From Takakia lepidozioides (lineage: Eukaryota; Plantae; Bryophyta), in contig CM060734.1 of the NCBI GenBank assembly GCA_030704615.1, positions 6,758,001 through 6,822,000 on the forward strand: a stretch of DNA of 64,000 nucleotides, in the 5' to 3' direction. Below the pieces are notes generated by a model, which was not told the DNA's origin, made no database searches, and saw nothing but the letters and a program-made list of their open reading frames with translations. Both the position numbers and the translations under genes were made by a program. Shown here piece after piece: positions 63,433-64,000 of this stretch (its first letter is position 1; every line of letters starts with the position of its first letter).

Positions 63433-64000
63433 TGTTACTACAGGGATGACGGTTAATTAGTTAGGTGGTTAGAACAGCTTGCGGGCAGATAAGGGGAGCG
63501 GCAACGGAAAGAGGGGACACTTCACGGGGAGCGTTTCTTGGTCATGGAAGAGAGGAGATCAGGCGGAGAGCAAGAATGAGAGCACGGAGAAGGAGGAGAG
63601 ATGAACAATAGATGCTTGTTACATGCAAAGCTGTAGTGAAACTGTAGGGCAGATTAGAGTCACCATGGCATTGGCCTGATACCTGATAAATCATAATCTG
63701 ATACTTATTCGATACAAGCACACTGTGTAGAGAGATATGAGTGAAGCTGTGAAATGAATGCATGATTAATTGGAATTAAGTAGATATTGAAGCAATCTGA
63801 TGCTTCAGTATCAGATAAGGTGAATTGATAACATGAAGGCAAGAAGAAATACAAATGTGAAGCACAACCATGATTCACTAGCTGTAGGTCATGACTGATT
63901 GTACTGAGCGGGCTGAGTGCTTAGAAATATCCAACTCTTTTATCTTGGAGTTTCCACCTCAGATAACGAAGGGATGGGTGAGTAAAAGCCGTTCGACAAA
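63433..64000 (+). repeat. Putative 3' LTR of the second Gypsy element (runs off the window)
   Basis: TGTTA start after purine-rich AGAAGGAA. An alternative PPT, AGGGGGG, lies at 63160-63166. Confidence 0.4.

Larger units (their letters stand above)
52310..64000 (+). mobile_element. Decayed non-chromovirus Ty3/Gypsy element (Athila/Phygy/Selgy-like) with extra 3' ORFs; 5' LTR not found
   Basis: Order gag-PR-RT-RH-INT-eORF. RT reads WLSPIVIVPKKNGKLRVC...DGFSGYNQ...FLDD. No chromodomain or second RNase H seen. Confidence 0.93.

Overview
Eukaryotic plant genomic DNA, probably a non-seed land plant (inferred from transposon lineages and gene structure; not certain). From left to right: (1) the 3' part of a decayed Ty3/Gypsy element (1-~3860); (2) a complete 17-exon PYROXD2-like FAD oxidoreductase gene on the minus strand (4342-12794, 588 aa); (3) a probable decayed spliced gene (~12950-17750); (4) two related tRNA-derived SINE-like elements, one carrying between its Pol III A and B boxes a 69-bp antisense copy (1 mismatch) of the reverse transcriptase of the Gypsy element 38 kb downstream; (5) a decayed intronless ORF of unknown origin (20.7-22.9 kb); (6) a ~22-kb head-to-tail array of ~6.5 near-identical ~3.4-kb non-coding units between two assembly gaps. 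Each unit reads as PPT + ~1.07-kb TGTGA...TCACA LTR + ~2.4-kb internal region, i.e. a non-autonomous LARD/TRIM-like retroelement. Diverged inverted relatives flank the array and show compensatory base-pairing in several RNA domains; (7) a decayed non-chromovirus Ty3/Gypsy element (52.3 kb to the window end) with extra 3' ORFs. All alignments and foldings were done by eye.
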